Both the position numbers and the translations under genes were made by a program. Shown here in pieces: positions 45,466 to 54,188 of a stretch of DNA of 64,000 nucleotides. Below the pieces are notes generated by a model. That model was not told the origin of the DNA. It was given only the letters and a program-made list of their open reading frames with translations, and made no database searches. Position 1 is the stretch's first letter; the number at the start of each line of letters is the position of its first letter. Origin of the DNA: an uncultured Alphaproteobacteria bacterium (GTDB lineage Bacteria; Pseudomonadota; Alphaproteobacteria; Micavibrionales; UBA2020); contig CBIHNF010000001.1 in assembly GCA_966211335.1 (NCBI GenBank), positions 730,847 to 794,846 of the forward strand. Reading direction: 5' to 3'.

Positions 45466-45804
45466 ATGGAAATTTTCAAAAAGCTCGGCATTCTGTTTTT
45501 CGTTCCCGGCGTCGTCATGCTGGTATGGGATCTGGTCGAGCAGTTCTTCGTCCACAACCGCTTCATGATCCGCAGCTTCAAGGAATGGGGCAATTTCATT
45601 TCCGTGACAGGCTACAGCAAACTGCAGAACGGCATGCATGTCATCTTTCCGTCCGACATCTGCGCCAAAATCGGCGATTATCCCGCGCCACTCGTTTTCA
45701 TCGTGCCGGGTGTCGTTTTTTACCTGCTCTACCGCATCTTCTTCATGGTCTTCGGCGGCAAGAGCGGCGGCGACGGCGGCTTTGTCTATAAATCGCGCCA
45801 CTAA
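45466..45804 (+). CDS. small membrane protein (112 aa)
   Basis: AAAGGAAG RBS. Two hydrophobic helices. 24 nt after the dotL-like stop. Confidence 0.55.
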   Translation: MEIFKKLGILFFVPGVVMLVWDLVEQFFVHNRFMIRSFKEWGNFISVTGYSKLQNGMHVIFPSDICAKIGDYPAPLVFIVPGVVFYLLYRIFFMVFGGKSGGDGGFVYKSRH

Positions 45805-45894
45805 GCGACTGATTTTACTCCAGCAAATTTAATTGCCTTGCGGCTTTTGCCGCCGTGGCTAGTATTGCCTTCTTAAATCAACAAGGATGCAATC

Positions 45895-46614
45895 ATGCTC
45901 GGCGGTGCTTTCCGGCGCAAGAAGGACGATGACTGGCTCGTGCAGCTCGAGCGCAGCGATCCCAACCGCGCCCTAGTGCAATACGCCGGTGCCGGTAAAA
46001 CAGCGAAGGTCGAAGAATTATTGCAGCAGGGTACTGACCCTGATCTGCTGGTGCTGTTCGATATCACCGTCGATACCGTCGCCGATGCCGCGCTGAACGC
46101 CGCCGCCGAAAACGGCCATATCAAAACCGCCGAGGCCCTGCTGAAAGCGGGCGCGAACTTGAACATCAAGGTCGAGAACGATTATACACCCCTGCTCAGC
46201 GCCGCGCTGAACGGCAAGGCCGAGATGATCAGCTTCCTCGCCGGTAAAGGCGCAGACCTTGAAGCGCGGGATGATATGTACCAGCGCACCCCGCTGCAGC
46301 TCGCCTGCCGCATGGGGCATATCGCCGCCGTGCGCGCGCTGATTGCAGCAGGGGCCGACCGCACTTCGCGCGATGGCGACAATCTCCGCGCGCAGGATAT
46401 GATCTGCGATCAGGCAGGCTTAGAGCCGCAACAGAAGCTAAATGTCCACAAGACTATTCTTGAGCTGTTTTTTCAGGCCGAGCAGAACGACAAGCGCATC
46501 GCCGCCGAAAAAGCCGCCGCGCTAAAGGTGGAACAGGAGGCCTTGAAAAAAGCGCCCGTCCTGCAGCGCGGCATGAATCCGGTCCGCACCGTCCGCTTCA
46601 AAGGACCGCAGTAG
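45895..46614 (+). CDS. ankyrin-repeat protein (239 aa)
   Basis: Clear ANK repeats (NAAAENGHIKTAEALLKAGANLN, TPLLSAALNGKAEMISFLAGKGADL, TPLQLACRMGHIAAVRALIAAGAD). AAGGA RBS. Confidence 0.85.
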   Translation: MLGGAFRRKKDDDWLVQLERSDPNRALVQYAGAGKTAKVEELLQQGTDPDLLVLFDITVDTVADAALNAAAENGHIKTAEALLKAGANLNIKVENDYTPLLSAALNGKAEMISFLAGKGADLEARDDMYQRTPLQLACRMGHIAAVRALIAAGADRTSRDGDNLRAQDMICDQAGLEPQQKLNVHKTILELFFQAEQNDKRIAAEKAAALKVEQEALKKAPVLQRGMNPVRTVRFKGPQ

Positions 46615-47394
46615 CTATTTTTCTTCCGTCTGTTCCAGCTGGTACATATGACTCAGCTCCACGACGGCGGCGTCGATGGCGGCGAGGTCTGTGGGCGTCG
46701 ACAGGCGATGGTCGCCGTCATCCAGATAGGTAATTTTCACATCGCGCGAAGTGAGCCGAGATTTTATCTGCTCTGATTTTTGCCACGGCACCGATTTATC
46801 CTTGCGACCGTGGATCAGCCGCACCGGCGCGTGGATATTGATGCGGTCGTGCAATAGCAGGTGCTTGCGTCCGTCGTCAAACAGCTGCTGGGTGAGAGGG
46901 TAGGGATCGCCGTAATCGCTGGGGCGGTAGATAAGGCCGGTTTTGGCAAGGTGCCGCCGTTCTTCCTCGCCGAATTCCTGCCAGTAAATATCTTCGGAAA
47001 AATCCGGCGCCGGTGCGAGCAGCACAAGACCGCACACACGTTCCGGCCGCGACAGGGCGAGGAGGAGCGCAAGCCAGCCGCCCATGGAGGAGCCGACGAT
47101 AACCTGTTCGCCCTCCGTCAGCTCGTCCAGCACGAGCTGGCTGTCGCGCAGCCAGGTGGAAATATTCCCCGCGGTGAATTCGCCGCTCGATTTGCCGTGA
47201 CCTGTGTAATCAAAGCGGATGTAGCTCTGGTGCCGCTCGAAGCAGCGGCCTTCAAGGTAGGTCGCCTTGGTGCCCGTCATATCCGACATAAAGCCGCCCA
47301 TGAACATGACGCCGGGCAAAGTGGCGGAAGCGCCTTCCGTGCGGTGGAAGGCAATCGTCGTGTCTTTGCGCGGGCTGAAGGTCTGGTGCGTCAT
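46615..47394 (-). CDS. alpha/beta-fold hydrolase
   Basis: 259 aa. GSSMGG nucleophile elbow. Its stop abuts the stop of the convergent ANK gene. Confidence 0.8.
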   Translation of the reverse strand: MTHQTFSPRKDTTIAFHRTEGASATLPGVMFMGGFMSDMTGTKATYLEGRCFERHQSYIRFDYTGHGKSSGEFTAGNISTWLRDSQLVLDELTEGEQVIVGSSMGGWLALLLALSRPERVCGLVLLAPAPDFSEDIYWQEFGEEERRHLAKTGLIYRPSDYGDPYPLTQQLFDDGRKHLLLHDRINIHAPVRLIHGRKDKSVPWQKSEQIKSRLTSRDVKITYLDDGDHRLSTPTDLAAIDAAVVELSHMYQLEQTEEK

Positions 47395-47421
47395 GCCGAC
47401 ATGCTAGCGCAAATATCCGCA

Positions 47422-47454
47422 CAAAAAAAGAGCCCGGCGGGTGAACGCCGGGCT
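47422..47454 (-). terminator. rho-independent terminator after phoH
   Basis: Minus strand: agcccggcg-ttcaccc-gccgggct, followed by CTTTTTTTG. Confidence 0.7.
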
Positions 47455-47518
47455 GCAAGGCTTAAAGGCAGGTGCTCAAGAAGGAGTGCCAAGTACCATG
47501 ACAAGTGCCGAGTAAACG

Positions 47519-48274
47519 TTAGATGACTTCCAGCATTTTCGCGACCAGCGGGTGGCGCACGATGTCGGTGTCTTTCAGATATTCAACCGCGATGCCTTCG
47601 ACGGTCGCAAGCTTCTTCGCCATGTCGCGCAGGCCCGAAATGCCGTCCAGCAGGTCGCTCTGGTCGGGGTCGCCCGTGATGATCATGGTGGAATTGTGGC
47701 CAAGGCGGCTGACGATCATTTTGATTTGCGCGTAGGTGCAGTTCTGCGCCTCGTCTATCACGACATAGGCGTTGTTGAGGGTGCGGCCGCGCATGTAACC
47801 GATCGGCGCAATCTCGATCTCGCCGGTGTCGATGCAGTTTTTGAGGCGCTTGATGCCCATGCGGTCATTGAGCGCGTCGTAGAGCGGGCGCAGGTACGGC
47901 GCCATCTTGTCCTGCAGGTCGCCCGGCAGGAAGCCGATTTTTTCGCCGGCTTCAACGGCGGGGCGGGAGAGAATGATGCGGTCGACCTTGCCGGCCTCGA
48001 AAGCCTCGACGGCGGCGGAGACGGCGAGGTAGGTTTTGCCAGAGCCCGCGGGGCCGATCGCGAAGACAAGGTTGTGATTGTCGATCGCCGTCATCAGCCG
48101 TTTCTGGCCTTCCGAGCGGGGACGGACGTTCTTGACGTATTTCTGGTCGCGCTGGCCGCCGATTTTCTCCAGCGGATCCCAAGAGCCGTGATTACTGCCG
48201 AAAAGACTGGTGACGCGCTCGGACGAGGGCGCCTTGTTGGCGTTGTACGCGGCGATCTTGGATTTTTTCCCCAT
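47519..48274 (-). CDS. phoH: PhoH-family ATPase
   Basis: Walker [19 protein letters not shown] Walker B. AAAGGGGAAG RBS. Confidence 0.88.
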   Translation of the reverse strand: MGKKSKIAAYNANKAPSSERVTSLFGSNHGSWDPLEKIGGQRDQKYVKNVRPRSEGQKRLMTAIDNHNLVFAIGPAGSGKTYLAVSAAVEAFEAGKVDRIILSRPAVEAGEKIGFLPGDLQDKMAPYLRPLYDALNDRMGIKRLKNCIDTGEIEIAPIGYMRGRTLNNAYVVIDEAQNCTYAQIKMIVSRLGHNSTMIITGDPDQSDLLDGISGLRDMAKKLATVEGIAVEYLKDTDIVRHPLVAKMLEVI

Positions 48275-48631
48275 GCTTATTTCTTCCCCTTTGTTGTCGT
48301 GGATGGTTTCAGCTTCTGCGGTTTCGGTAGTAATGGATGGAAAACTGGCCGGCGTGTTCCGGGCGTAAAAAAACCTCCCAAGGGGAGGCGGCGGAACACT
48401 TGACGATGCGGGTGGCGGGGCTGGCGATGATGAGACGCGCGATGTCTTGGGCGCGATACGAAGGGGGTAGGACGTGAAGCCTGATGAGATCCAAAGGAAC
48501 TCCCCGAAGTTTGAGGTTAATCGAAAATTAACTAAAACTCTTAATTTGAATATACGTCAGACCGAATCACTTGTCATCAAGATTTTGCGGCGGTGCGAAA
48601 AATTTCTTCCATTAGTTGTGCCTCGACTCTT

Positions 48632-48674
48632 TCGGGAAAACAAAAACGCCGCGTGCAAATTTGCGCCGCGGCGT
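48632..48674 (-). terminator. rho-independent terminator after sodC
   Basis: acgccgcg...cgcggcgt stem. The minus strand continues TTTTTGTTTT. Confidence 0.7.
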
Positions 48675-48698
48675 TTTGTAGGAGTAAAAAACGAGTGC

Positions 48699-49253
48699 TT
48701 ATTTCTTGTCGCTCTCCGCAACGCTGATCACGCCGCAAATCACGCGGTCGCCGGAATTGCCGGCGGGATCTGTTTTGTAATCATCCTCGCCTGCGTGAAT
48801 CATGAGGGCAGAACCGTCCGCATCTTTCAATGACGCCAGAGAAATTTCCGGCGTGTAAAACGCGGCCTTTCCGCTGCCATCCGTACCGATCCACATATTC
48901 GGCAGGTCGCCGGTATGCGGGCCTTTGGCGCTGAAAAAGCCATGCGTCTGGCCCTCGTCCTTCATATGGCCGCCAGCGTTATTGAAATGTTCGTGATCAC
49001 TGCAGTTGCCGAAGGCGTGAATATGCACGCCGTGCCAGCCGGGGGCGAGGCCGTTTGCGGAAACTTCAAACACAACGCCCTTCGTCGCTTCGGAAATTTT
49101 CACGTTGCCGGCGGCCTTGTTGTCATGGCTCAGCAGCATGATTTCCAGCGGAACGGCATCCGCCTGTTTTTCGGTGACCACCGGTTTATCGGCGGGCTTG
49201 TCTTCTGCATAGGCAGAAGGAACAGCGGCAAACAGAAACAGCGCGAGCAGCAA
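48699..49253 (-). CDS. sodC: periplasmic Cu,Zn superoxide dismutase
   Basis: HGVHIHAFGNC, GGHM, HTGDLPN and GDRVICGVI motifs. The start is uncertain: the track start is a TTG without an SD (see finding). Confidence 0.88.
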   Translation of the reverse strand: MLLALFLFAAVPSAYAEDKPADKPVVTEKQADAVPLEIMLLSHDNKAAGNVKISEATKGVVFEVSANGLAPGWHGVHIHAFGNCSDHEHFNNAGGHMKDEGQTHGFFSAKGPHTGDLPNMWIGTDGSGKAAFYTPEISLASLKDADGSALMIHAGEDDYKTDPAGNSGDRVICGVISVAESDKK

Positions 49254-49347
49254 AGATTTTTTAATGACAGGAGATCCTTTGATGAGACGGAAACCGATGC
49301 CGCCATTATGGCGGATAGCGGCGGGCAGGCCAAGAAATTAGCGGGGA

Positions 49348-49755
49348 TTATATCCTGCGGCTTTCAACCGACTGGCGCACAGCCTCCGACCCGTGGCGGG
49401 CGGCATAATCCACCAGCGCGGGCGTGATCGTCACATGGGTCATCAGCATATCGGCAAGCCGCGCGTCGCGCATATCAATCGCAAAGCGCACCATGGCTTC
49501 ATTCGGCTTGACGCCGCCATCAAGGCAGGCGCGTGAGAGGTTGTGGTCACGAAAGCCCACGGCCACCTGCAGCATTTCCGCATTGAACTGCGCGCCCTGG
49601 CCCGCCAGCAGCACAACGGTTTCATGCTCCCGCCGGTAAAAGGCCTGCAGCATGCTTTCGGACAGGGCGCTGGTGTGAAAGTCATTCGCAATGCGCCCGT
49701 TGAAGATGGCGCTGATGGAGGCGACGGAAATGACTTTGCCGAGGAGAGCTTTCAT
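49348..49755 (-). CDS. hypothetical protein (weak ANK-like helices)
   Basis: 135 aa with GC3-rich codons. Only a weak repeat resemblance. Confidence 0.45.
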   Translation of the reverse strand: MKALLGKVISVASISAIFNGRIANDFHTSALSESMLQAFYRREHETVVLLAGQGAQFNAEMLQVAVGFRDHNLSRACLDGGVKPNEAMVRFAIDMRDARLADMLMTHVTITPALVDYAARHGSEAVRQSVESRRI

Positions 49756-49902
49756 TGGAAGACTCTTTTTTTCTGAGAATAATTCTCAACTATTATTATA
49801 CATAAATATTAAAAATGATTTTTGAGCGCCTGCGCAGCGAAGAAATAAATTCAAAATTATTCTTTATAATCAGAGCCTTATAAATAATTTTGCCGAGTTT
49901 TG

Positions 49903-49931
49903 TTGACATAACTAAACCCGAGGCCTAACAT
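49903..49931 (+). promoter_or_regulatory. sigma70-like promoter for the 49962 gene
   Basis: TTGACA, 17-nt spacer, TAACAT, within an AT-rich intergenic region. Confidence 0.45.
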
Positions 49932-49961
49932 CTCCCGAATTGAAATTGAAGGAGAGAACGT

Positions 49962-50420
49962 ATGCGCGAGATCGCGGGTGAAAAATACAAACTGGCCGGC
50001 ATCGGCGTTTATCAAAAAGGCACGCTGGTGGATGTTTTCGCCAAATTCTGCCGCACCGATGAAAACATCGAGCAGATCATCGCGGATGAAAACAAGGCGC
50101 AGAAACCCCGCGGTAACGCCAAGGCAAAACCCGGCACTGTCGGCGCGCTGCTCGCCAACCTTCCGCCGCTGCCGCGCATGGCCTCCCTTCCCTCGCTCTC
50201 CGTCCAGGATATCGTCGAAGCTGTCGCCGGCAAAAGCGACCTGCAGCGCAGCGAGATGAGCCGCCTGCGCCTGACTGATACTGAAGGCGTCATCAAGGAC
50301 TTGGGCCCCGAAAAACTGGCGCAAGTCCTCGTCGAAATGGGTGAAGCCCGCAAACAGGTTCTGGAGCAGGGCCAATACACCTTCGTCCCGCTCAAAGCGC
50401 CGGCGGCACCGAAGGCGTAA
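49962..50420 (+). CDS. hypothetical protein (152 aa)
   Basis: AAGGAGAG RBS. The antisense ORF 49878-50375 is judged a shadow. Confidence 0.55.
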   Translation: MREIAGEKYKLAGIGVYQKGTLVDVFAKFCRTDENIEQIIADENKAQKPRGNAKAKPGTVGALLANLPPLPRMASLPSLSVQDIVEAVAGKSDLQRSEMSRLRLTDTEGVIKDLGPEKLAQVLVEMGEARKQVLEQGQYTFVPLKAPAAPKA

Positions 50421-50483
50421 CGCTTCAACATATTGTCATTCCGAACGAAGTGAGGAATCTCCCTTCGTGCCGCAAGCCGCGTT

Positions 50484-50882
50484 CTATTTTATCTCGGCTA
50501 TTTTTTCTATGCGCGAGGCTTTGCGGTTTTTCGCCTGCAGGTGTTTCAGCAGCGGGTCGAAGCCCTTATCCTTCGACAGCACAAAGCATTCCGCCAGCGG
50601 CTCCTTCTCGAAAATTTTGCCGAGCTGGTAGGCGATGAAGAAGTCGAGCGCATTGTTGCCCGCCTTGTCGATATGCTTCCATTCAAGGCGGCTGCCCATC
50701 TTCTGCGTCTTCGCCACAAGCTCCAGCGGAATTTTCGTCTGCGCCGCGCCCGTGAAAACGACAACATGAATGCTGCCATCGAGCTTGGCAAAATCAACCG
50801 CCTGCACGTTTTCAAAGTCGATGAGCAGATAGCGGTGTTGTTTGGGAGCTTGGGATTTTTCGGGCAACGAATATACCTCCAA
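50484..50882 (-). CDS. NYN/LabA-like (PIN-fold) nuclease-domain protein
   Basis: YLLIDFENV, GNNALDFFIAYQLG and VLSKDKGFDPLLKHL follow the NYN/LabA motif order. Confidence 0.5.
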   Translation of the reverse strand: MEVYSLPEKSQAPKQHRYLLIDFENVQAVDFAKLDGSIHVVVFTGAAQTKIPLELVAKTQKMGSRLEWKHIDKAGNNALDFFIAYQLGKIFEKEPLAECFVLSKDKGFDPLLKHLQAKNRKASRIEKIAEIK

Positions 50883-50883
50883 A

Positions 50884-51396
50884 TCAATGGATATCGGTAA
50901 CAGGTTTCCAGTTATGAATTCGGGTCTTAAGTTCGCCTAGTTTTTCAGGAGTGAGTTTAGTAGCCAGTTGTCGACGTAGCACAATGCAGTAGTTATCGCT
51001 GACGGGCTTGACATTACAAGATACAGAAAGCCAAAAATAAGCCTCTTGCTTATTTGATGTAAAATTTACACCACCATACCGTCCTTCATTATATGCGATA
51101 GCCACCAAAATTTGTGCGCCCGTATCGCCGTGCTGTGCGGTGGTTAAGTAGTAATTAAAATTTTTATATGCAAAAAAGTTCGCCCAAATAATAGGCTGAA
51201 ATATAGCAATAGCTGCAAGGGTCAGGAAAAATTTATAAAACCTTTTCTTTTGCTCCTTGGAACGATGTTCGCGCCAGAAAATAAGACACCCTAAAAGAAG
51301 GGCGGCCAAGAAGCATAGTATGTTCAATAATAAATGAGTTTCGATACTCCACGGGCAGCTACCGGGGCATCTCATATAGTCGATTATCATTGCCAT
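50884..51396 (-). CDS. membrane protein with one Sel1-like repeat, AT-rich composition
   Basis: Two TM helices. AQILVAIAYNEGRYGGVNFTSNKQEAYFWLSVS is Sel1-like. Its stop is 1 nt from the NYN gene start. Confidence 0.5.
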   Translation of the reverse strand: MAMIIDYMRCPGSCPWSIETHLLLNILCFLAALLLGCLIFWREHRSKEQKKRFYKFFLTLAAIAIFQPIIWANFFAYKNFNYYLTTAQHGDTGAQILVAIAYNEGRYGGVNFTSNKQEAYFWLSVSCNVKPVSDNYCIVLRRQLATKLTPEKLGELKTRIHNWKPVTDIH

Positions 51397-51499
51397 GATT
51401 TTGCCAATTAAAAATTATTGCAATTTTTTTTGCCGACTTTCACTAATCAAAGTGGGCAAAACCAAGACAAAAAATAATCTATGCAAAAGCTGATCGGGA

Positions 51500-51802
51500 T
51501 CAGAAATTATCCGACAGGTAGCAGGGCGTGCAGCGCATGGGCTGCTGGTTCTCGAATTCGACGAGCATGAGGACGCCGCGCTGGCGGGCGGTGTCGAGGA
51601 TGGTGGGGCTGACGTCTTCGAAAATCGCGTAATTGGTTTCGGTGCCGGCGATGATGCGGCTTTCCTGGATGGTGAACCAGAAGGGGCCTTCTTCCGCGTT
51701 ATTATCCAGCGTGTTGTGGCGGTAGAAGAAGAACGCCAGCGCGTTGCGCCCGTTCTTGAAGACTTCGTATTCGGAAACGACTGCGTTATTGGCCTGCGCC
51801 AT
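51500..51802 (-). CDS. hypothetical protein (100 aa)
   Basis: GC3-rich ORF. No domain recognised. Confidence 0.45.
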   Translation of the reverse strand: MAQANNAVVSEYEVFKNGRNALAFFFYRHNTLDNNAEEGPFWFTIQESRIIAGTETNYAIFEDVSPTILDTARQRGVLMLVEFENQQPMRCTPCYLSDNF

Positions 51803-51828
51803 GATATGCCCCGGTTGGAATTAGCTGA

Positions 51829-52008
51829 TTAACGCGGCTCGATGAGCTTGTCGCCGGCGCCGGTGCCTTTCGGCTGGTTGCCCGCGGTCATTTCAATGGT
51901 GCGGTTGAGGGCCATGGTGGGGCTGGTCGCGACATAGGCCTGCAGAATGGCCTTGGCGTCTTCGCCATCCTTGCGCCCGACGGCGGTGGTGTTCAACAGG
52001 CTGGACAT
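51829..52008 (-). CDS. small hypothetical protein (59 aa, below the ORF-track cutoff)
   Basis: My translation: MSSLLNTTAVGRKDGEDAKAILQAYVATSPTMALNRTIEMTAGNQPKGTGAGDKLIEPR. GAGGGAG RBS about 10 nt upstream. GC3-rich. Confidence 0.45.
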   Translation of the reverse strand: MSSLLNTTAVGRKDGEDAKAILQAYVATSPTMALNRTIEMTAGNQPKGTGAGDKLIEPR

Positions 52009-52179
52009 GTTCTAAACACTCCCTCGTAGAATTCTTTTGCTACTTCCATTGTAACGTACAATGTCATTAAACAGCAAAAAAGTTAATTTTGCATTTACAT
52101 ATGGATTGCAAAAAACGTGAATTATCAGACTCGTAAGATTGTTACGAGAGGGGCCTGAAAAAACCCAAAAACAGGGGGA

Positions 52180-52677
52180 TCAGAGCGCGAAGCTGCGCGG
52201 CAGCGGCTTGTCTTCCGGCTCCGGCAGGCCGGCGGCCTTGCGCAGCGTCGTCAGTTCCTTCTTCGCTTCCAGCAGCTGCTGGCGCAAAAGGTCGCATTCG
52301 TAATCCTTGCGCATGAAGCGCAGCTTCACGAGATAGTCATTCGCCTGTTCCGACGGCACGGCGGAGGCAAAATCAAAACCCTTGTCGACCAGCAGGCGGA
52401 ACATATCAACATTACCGGCATAGACGGTCGAGCGCAGGGAAGAATTGCTGATGGCGCGTGTGCCAGGTGCCGCCAGCAGCATTTCGGCGAGGCGCACCTG
52501 ATTTTTATCGACCGCGCGGGTGAGCGGGTCGTTGAGCGCTTCCGGCGGCGCGTCGATGTTCGACTTCAGCAGTTCCTGCAGCTGCGCGGTGTCGCCGTTT
52601 TTCACGGCGGCCATCAGGCTCCGGCGGTAGATGGTGACGGCATCATCGGTGCCGCCGAACAGGGTGCGCAGGCTCAT
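52180..52677 (-). CDS. ANK-like repeat protein (165 aa)
   Basis: LMAAVKNGDTAQLQELLKSNID, DPLTRAVDKNQVRLAEMLL and TVYAGNVDMFRLLVDKGFDF. Confidence 0.55.
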   Translation of the reverse strand: MSLRTLFGGTDDAVTIYRRSLMAAVKNGDTAQLQELLKSNIDAPPEALNDPLTRAVDKNQVRLAEMLLAAPGTRAISNSSLRSTVYAGNVDMFRLLVDKGFDFASAVPSEQANDYLVKLRFMRKDYECDLLRQQLLEAKKELTTLRKAAGLPEPEDKPLPRSFAL

Positions 52678-52688
52678 GGTGTCAGCTC

Positions 52689-53282
52689 CTAATCAAATAT
52701 CTTGGGCGCTTTGATGCGCGGCTTGTTCACGGGCACGCCGTGATTGGCTTCGTATATCTCTTTTTTAATCGCGCGTATTTCGCGCAAGGTTTCCTGCTGC
52801 AGCCGCACGGATTCCAGCGGCATAATTTCGGCGATGAATTTCTTCTGGTAGTCCTCGAGGGTTTTGACGAGTGTGGCGATGTCACTCCAGCGGGCTTTCT
52901 CCACCTTGTTCTTGAAGGTGTAGCCGGTGCTGTCGCCCCATTCGTTGTATTTCTTCTTGCGCTGGATGGCGGCTTGCTCCGCCTTCAGGTTTTCGACCGC
53001 ATGGGGGATATCCGCGCCGTTCACGACCAGCTCTTTCATGAACAGGAAGTTACGGGCGGCAGCCGCTTCCTGCAGCGGTTTGCCACCGGCATAATTCACA
53101 TCGGCTTCCGCCGCGATCGCGCGCTTGAAGACATGGCTGTCGCCGGTGCGGATGGCGCTGAGCAGGTATTCGTTGATACGGGTATGACGCTCCAGTGCCT
53201 CAAGTGCATCGTCCGGCGCGGAGGCATCGCCGAAAACGCGGGCAAGGCTGGCGGCATCGGGTGGGGGTGTCGGCATCGGCAA
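52689..53282 (-). CDS. ANK-like repeat protein (197 aa)
   Basis: LLSAIRTGDSHVFKRAIAAEADVN and GKPLQEAAAARNFLFMKELVVNGADI. Helical C-terminus. Confidence 0.55.
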   Translation of the reverse strand: MPMPTPPPDAASLARVFGDASAPDDALEALERHTRINEYLLSAIRTGDSHVFKRAIAAEADVNYAGGKPLQEAAAARNFLFMKELVVNGADIPHAVENLKAEQAAIQRKKKYNEWGDSTGYTFKNKVEKARWSDIATLVKTLEDYQKKFIAEIMPLESVRLQQETLREIRAIKKEIYEANHGVPVNKPRIKAPKIFD

Positions 53283-53361
53283 TTCCCGCGATAAATGGAT
53301 TCGTCAGAACAGCCCAAGTCTTACGACAAACGGCGTATTCTGTCAATGCGGGAGAAATTCA

Positions 53362-53982
53362 TCAACGAGTTGATTTGAAAGTCTTTTTCGGGCGGGGAGT
53401 GAGCTTGTCGCGGGGCGTCACATGGCGGCGGATATGCTGGATCGCGGAATCCAGCACGTAGCGCGGCGATTTGTCGGCGCGGATGACGCACCACGGCAGG
53501 TCGCGCACGGGGCGTTTGGAGGCGCCCTTGAATTGCCGCTGCACGACGCTCGGCGTTGCATCCGAGGCGCTGTCCTTGCGGCGGGCGACGCGGTCATAGA
53601 GCGTGCCGAGCGGCGCATGTAGGTAGAGGCCGATAAAATCGGCACCGTTGCGTGACGCCAGTTTTTCCTGCTTGTGGCGCGTGTCATGGTCGAGGAAGGT
53701 GCCGGTCACGACAACGCTTTTGCCGGCGCGCAAATGCTTGGCCGCCTGCGCATGCAGGTATGAAATCAGTCTTTCGCGGTTGTGCTTCGCATAGGCTTCC
53801 AGCGGCAGCGGCGTTTTGGGATCAACGCCGTGCATCTGCTTGTGCAGCACATCTGAATCGAGGATGACGAGGTCGGGATAGGCTTTGCCAAGGCTCTCGG
53901 CCAGCGTCGATTTGCCGCTGCCCGACATGCCGCCAATCGCAATCATACCCTTGCGTGCGGTAAATGGATTGGCTGCGTTCAT
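53362..53982 (-). CDS. P-loop kinase/ATPase (AAA_33-like)
   Basis: Walker A GGMSGSGKSTLAE. Start uncertain: ATG 53982 chosen, the track's TTG is at 54114. Confidence 0.6.
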   Translation of the reverse strand: MNAANPFTARKGMIAIGGMSGSGKSTLAESLGKAYPDLVILDSDVLHKQMHGVDPKTPLPLEAYAKHNRERLISYLHAQAAKHLRAGKSVVVTGTFLDHDTRHKQEKLASRNGADFIGLYLHAPLGTLYDRVARRKDSASDATPSVVQRQFKGASKRPVRDLPWCVIRADKSPRYVLDSAIQHIRRHVTPRDKLTPRPKKTFKSTR

Positions 53983-54188
53983 GGGCGGCGTTGCCCCGCC
54001 GGTAAAGACATTCGTGCCATGCTGATAAAGAATTCCCCCGTTATCGGCATTATTATAGCTATTTCCGTAATAAACTGTCAAGAGAATAGCTAGTGTATTG
54101 TTATTTAATGACAATTTTTAGCGCCATGGAACTGTCGCGAGGCTTAACGGTAAGCTGCTGCATTGGTTTTCAAAACAAGGAGCAGCCC

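Noticed and set aside
50421-50483. The element gtcattccgaacgaagtgaggaatctcccttcgtgc (ACGAAG/CTTCGT hairpin) between convergent genes. It resembles short repeat elements I have seen translated as '...SFRTK/SEESP...' in other genomes.
   Set aside because: There is only one copy in this window and no T-tract, so I cannot establish it as a repeat family or terminator from this sequence alone.
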